Assembly: GCA_054600435.1 (NCBI GenBank)
Contig: BAAIJX010000047.1
Span: forward strand, 1-64,000
Length of the DNA stretch: 64,000 nt
DNA from: Neophaeotheca triangularis
Lineage: Eukaryota
Direction: 5' to 3'
Shown here one piece after another: positions 62,317 through 64,000 of this stretch (position 1 is the first letter of the stretch; the number at the start of each line of letters is the position of its first letter). The position numbers were made by a program, and so were the translations under genes. The notes under the pieces were generated by a model. It had not been told where the DNA came from, searched no databases, and saw nothing but the letters and a program-made list of their open reading frames with translations.

Positions 62317-63815
62317 CCCGGATCCTTTGCGTCTCACGAAAAGCTGAATGTATCGCAAAAGAGGAATGATCGATCTGATCAACTCACATTATATCTATGC
62401 CAGTTTCGAGGCTCGATCACTGCCTTCGCTTCGGCTTCACATATACCGACTTTGATCAAGACTCATTGCTCTTGTGACTAAGGAGACGACTCTGTTGGAG
62501 CACTAGCAGTATTCCTAGCATCAATCCTTCCTTCGTGAAGACCAAGGATGCTCGGGTCCCGCACTCGGCAACCAGATCCAGTGAAGTTGATAGGCATTTG
62601 GTGAGTGCGCTTGGGCAGCGATGCAACCAGAAAAACGTTCTATCCCCAGTGAACCCCCGCAGGAAGGCTTGGGGATGCGGAGGATGCATTGCCTCTTGCC
62701 TAATAAGGTGGAAAGGAGAGAGAGGAGTGTGGGTGGGACCAAAGGCTAGGGCTCAGGAAAGCCTGGAGAATTGAAGAGTGCTGGTTCGGAGAGAAATGCA
62801 CCGAGAAGGCCCTAGCTGATGTCGGCAGATATTGCAGTGTGAGAAATGGTACTTCTTCTTGCAGGTGCTTTGCCATCAAACTGCATCCGAGGTGAGAATT
62901 CGTCCATACTCTACTGTATAGACTCTCCACTCTCCCGGGGTAAGTACTGCTTCTAATCAGGCAATGCAGGGATGAGGTACCTTCGGCAGTTCGAGATCGA
63001 CTTAGGGCTTCCTCGGTGTCTCGGATCAGAAGTACCTATGCCCTGTTGGTGCTTTTGCAGTAGGAGGTACCTATGTAGTCAGCCTTGTAGGCTAGAGAGC
63101 GCCCCTTTCTGAATCAGCCTATCAAAGCCGGGCAAGCCAGTATTGAACACGGTTTCCCGCGGTGGCTCTAAGGTCGCGCACTCTCGTTCTCCTCGCTAAC
63201 CTATACCCTGCCGTTCATTGCCATCCTTCGAGACTCCCTCGACATGCGTTGCTTGCTCCCCGCCTCGTGCGGCACCGTGCCCTATCTACCTCGGCCCTCA
63301 GCGCTGCTCCGCCTCCACCTATCTCCTGCCAAACCAGGTGAAGACCACAGTTTCTAGTTCGACAAGTCTATGCTAGACCTCCTTTCACGCGCCATCTGGC
63401 TGGAAGAGTCTGGCTCCATCCTCGGGAAAATTCAGTCCGCTATAGCAGCTAAGCCAACCTTCGAGGCGATTGAACCACTTGAGTTCTGATAGAGCCGAGA
63501 GAACGGGTTATAGTGAGGACTAAATTCCCGGGTTGGCGAAAGGGCGCCGTAGTCTAGATGCTAAGTGGCAGGTGTGTTGATAACAGTCACCTCCTAATAT
63601 TTCTTTCCAGCTAAATCGTGAATAGACAAGCCTAGGAGGTGGTCTTTTGTAAACATGTAGTATCAATGACCTTCGACGGAGGATTCAGAAATGCCGTCTA
63701 CTACCGCCCGCTCTAAAGCTATGCAAATCAGAAAGAAAAACCACCGTCCCGGCTCCTGTAGACGTGACAAACCAGAGCGGGAACACAAAACGTCTCGGCA
63801 GTATCAACACCAACC

Positions 63816-64000
63816 CTAGTCCTTAGCCGGGACTCCATACTCCTCGACGTGGTCTTTGACGCCCAGCTCCTTCTCAGCCGCCTTGGCCGCATCCGGGTCT
63901 TCGAGAGCGTGCGGCACAAGCTGGTCTCCAAAGAGAATATCCATTTGCTCGAGCGTCTTGCCCTTTGTTTCCGGGTAGAAGAGGGTGAAGCAGATGAAGC
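63816..64000 (-). CDS. 3' end of a second MFS sugar porter (partial, runs off the window)
   Basis: The minus strand reads FICFTLFYPETKGKTLEQMDILFGD...PAKD*; PETKG is the sugar-porter signature. This frame is not in the ORF track. Confidence 0.9.
   Translation of the reverse strand, partial: FICFTLFYPETKGKTLEQMDILFGDQLVPHALEDPDAAKAAEKELGVKDHVEEYGVPAKD

Noticed and set aside
1..64000. Starship captain recombinase, PKS/NRPS cluster, tRNA or rRNA genes
   Set aside because: No supporting motifs seen by eye; small RNA genes could have been missed without a covariance search.

Overview
The window is the end of a filamentous ascomycete chromosome, based on (CCCTAA)n telomere repeats, short spliceosomal introns with CTAAC/CTGAC branch sites and RIP-type mutation. 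A Dothideomycete-like origin is only my impression. Positions 1-118 are telomere. About 119-5950 is an AT/TpA-rich, RIP-damaged subtelomere. Reading through its stop codons reveals three dead genes on the minus strand: two tandem paralogous secreted Cys-containing proteins sharing an SKEEYWRQV motif, and a membrane protein whose 5' end is intact while the rest is destroyed. Ordinary genes follow: three SDRs, a DUF5872/Hva1-Tudor-like protein, a GH43+GH51 arabinoxylan pair, a Zn2Cys6 factor, an S8 subtilisin, several hypothetical proteins and a GH36-sugar porter-GH3-sugar porter cluster. The most striking gene is a ~10 kb, ~3,335-aa secreted Thr/Pro-rich modular protein (29956-40017). It needs a GC-AG intron, appears to contain no lysine, has no GPI signal, and keeps near-identical internal repeats unmutated in a genome showing RIP. 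All calls come from reading the sequence by eye; no searches were run.
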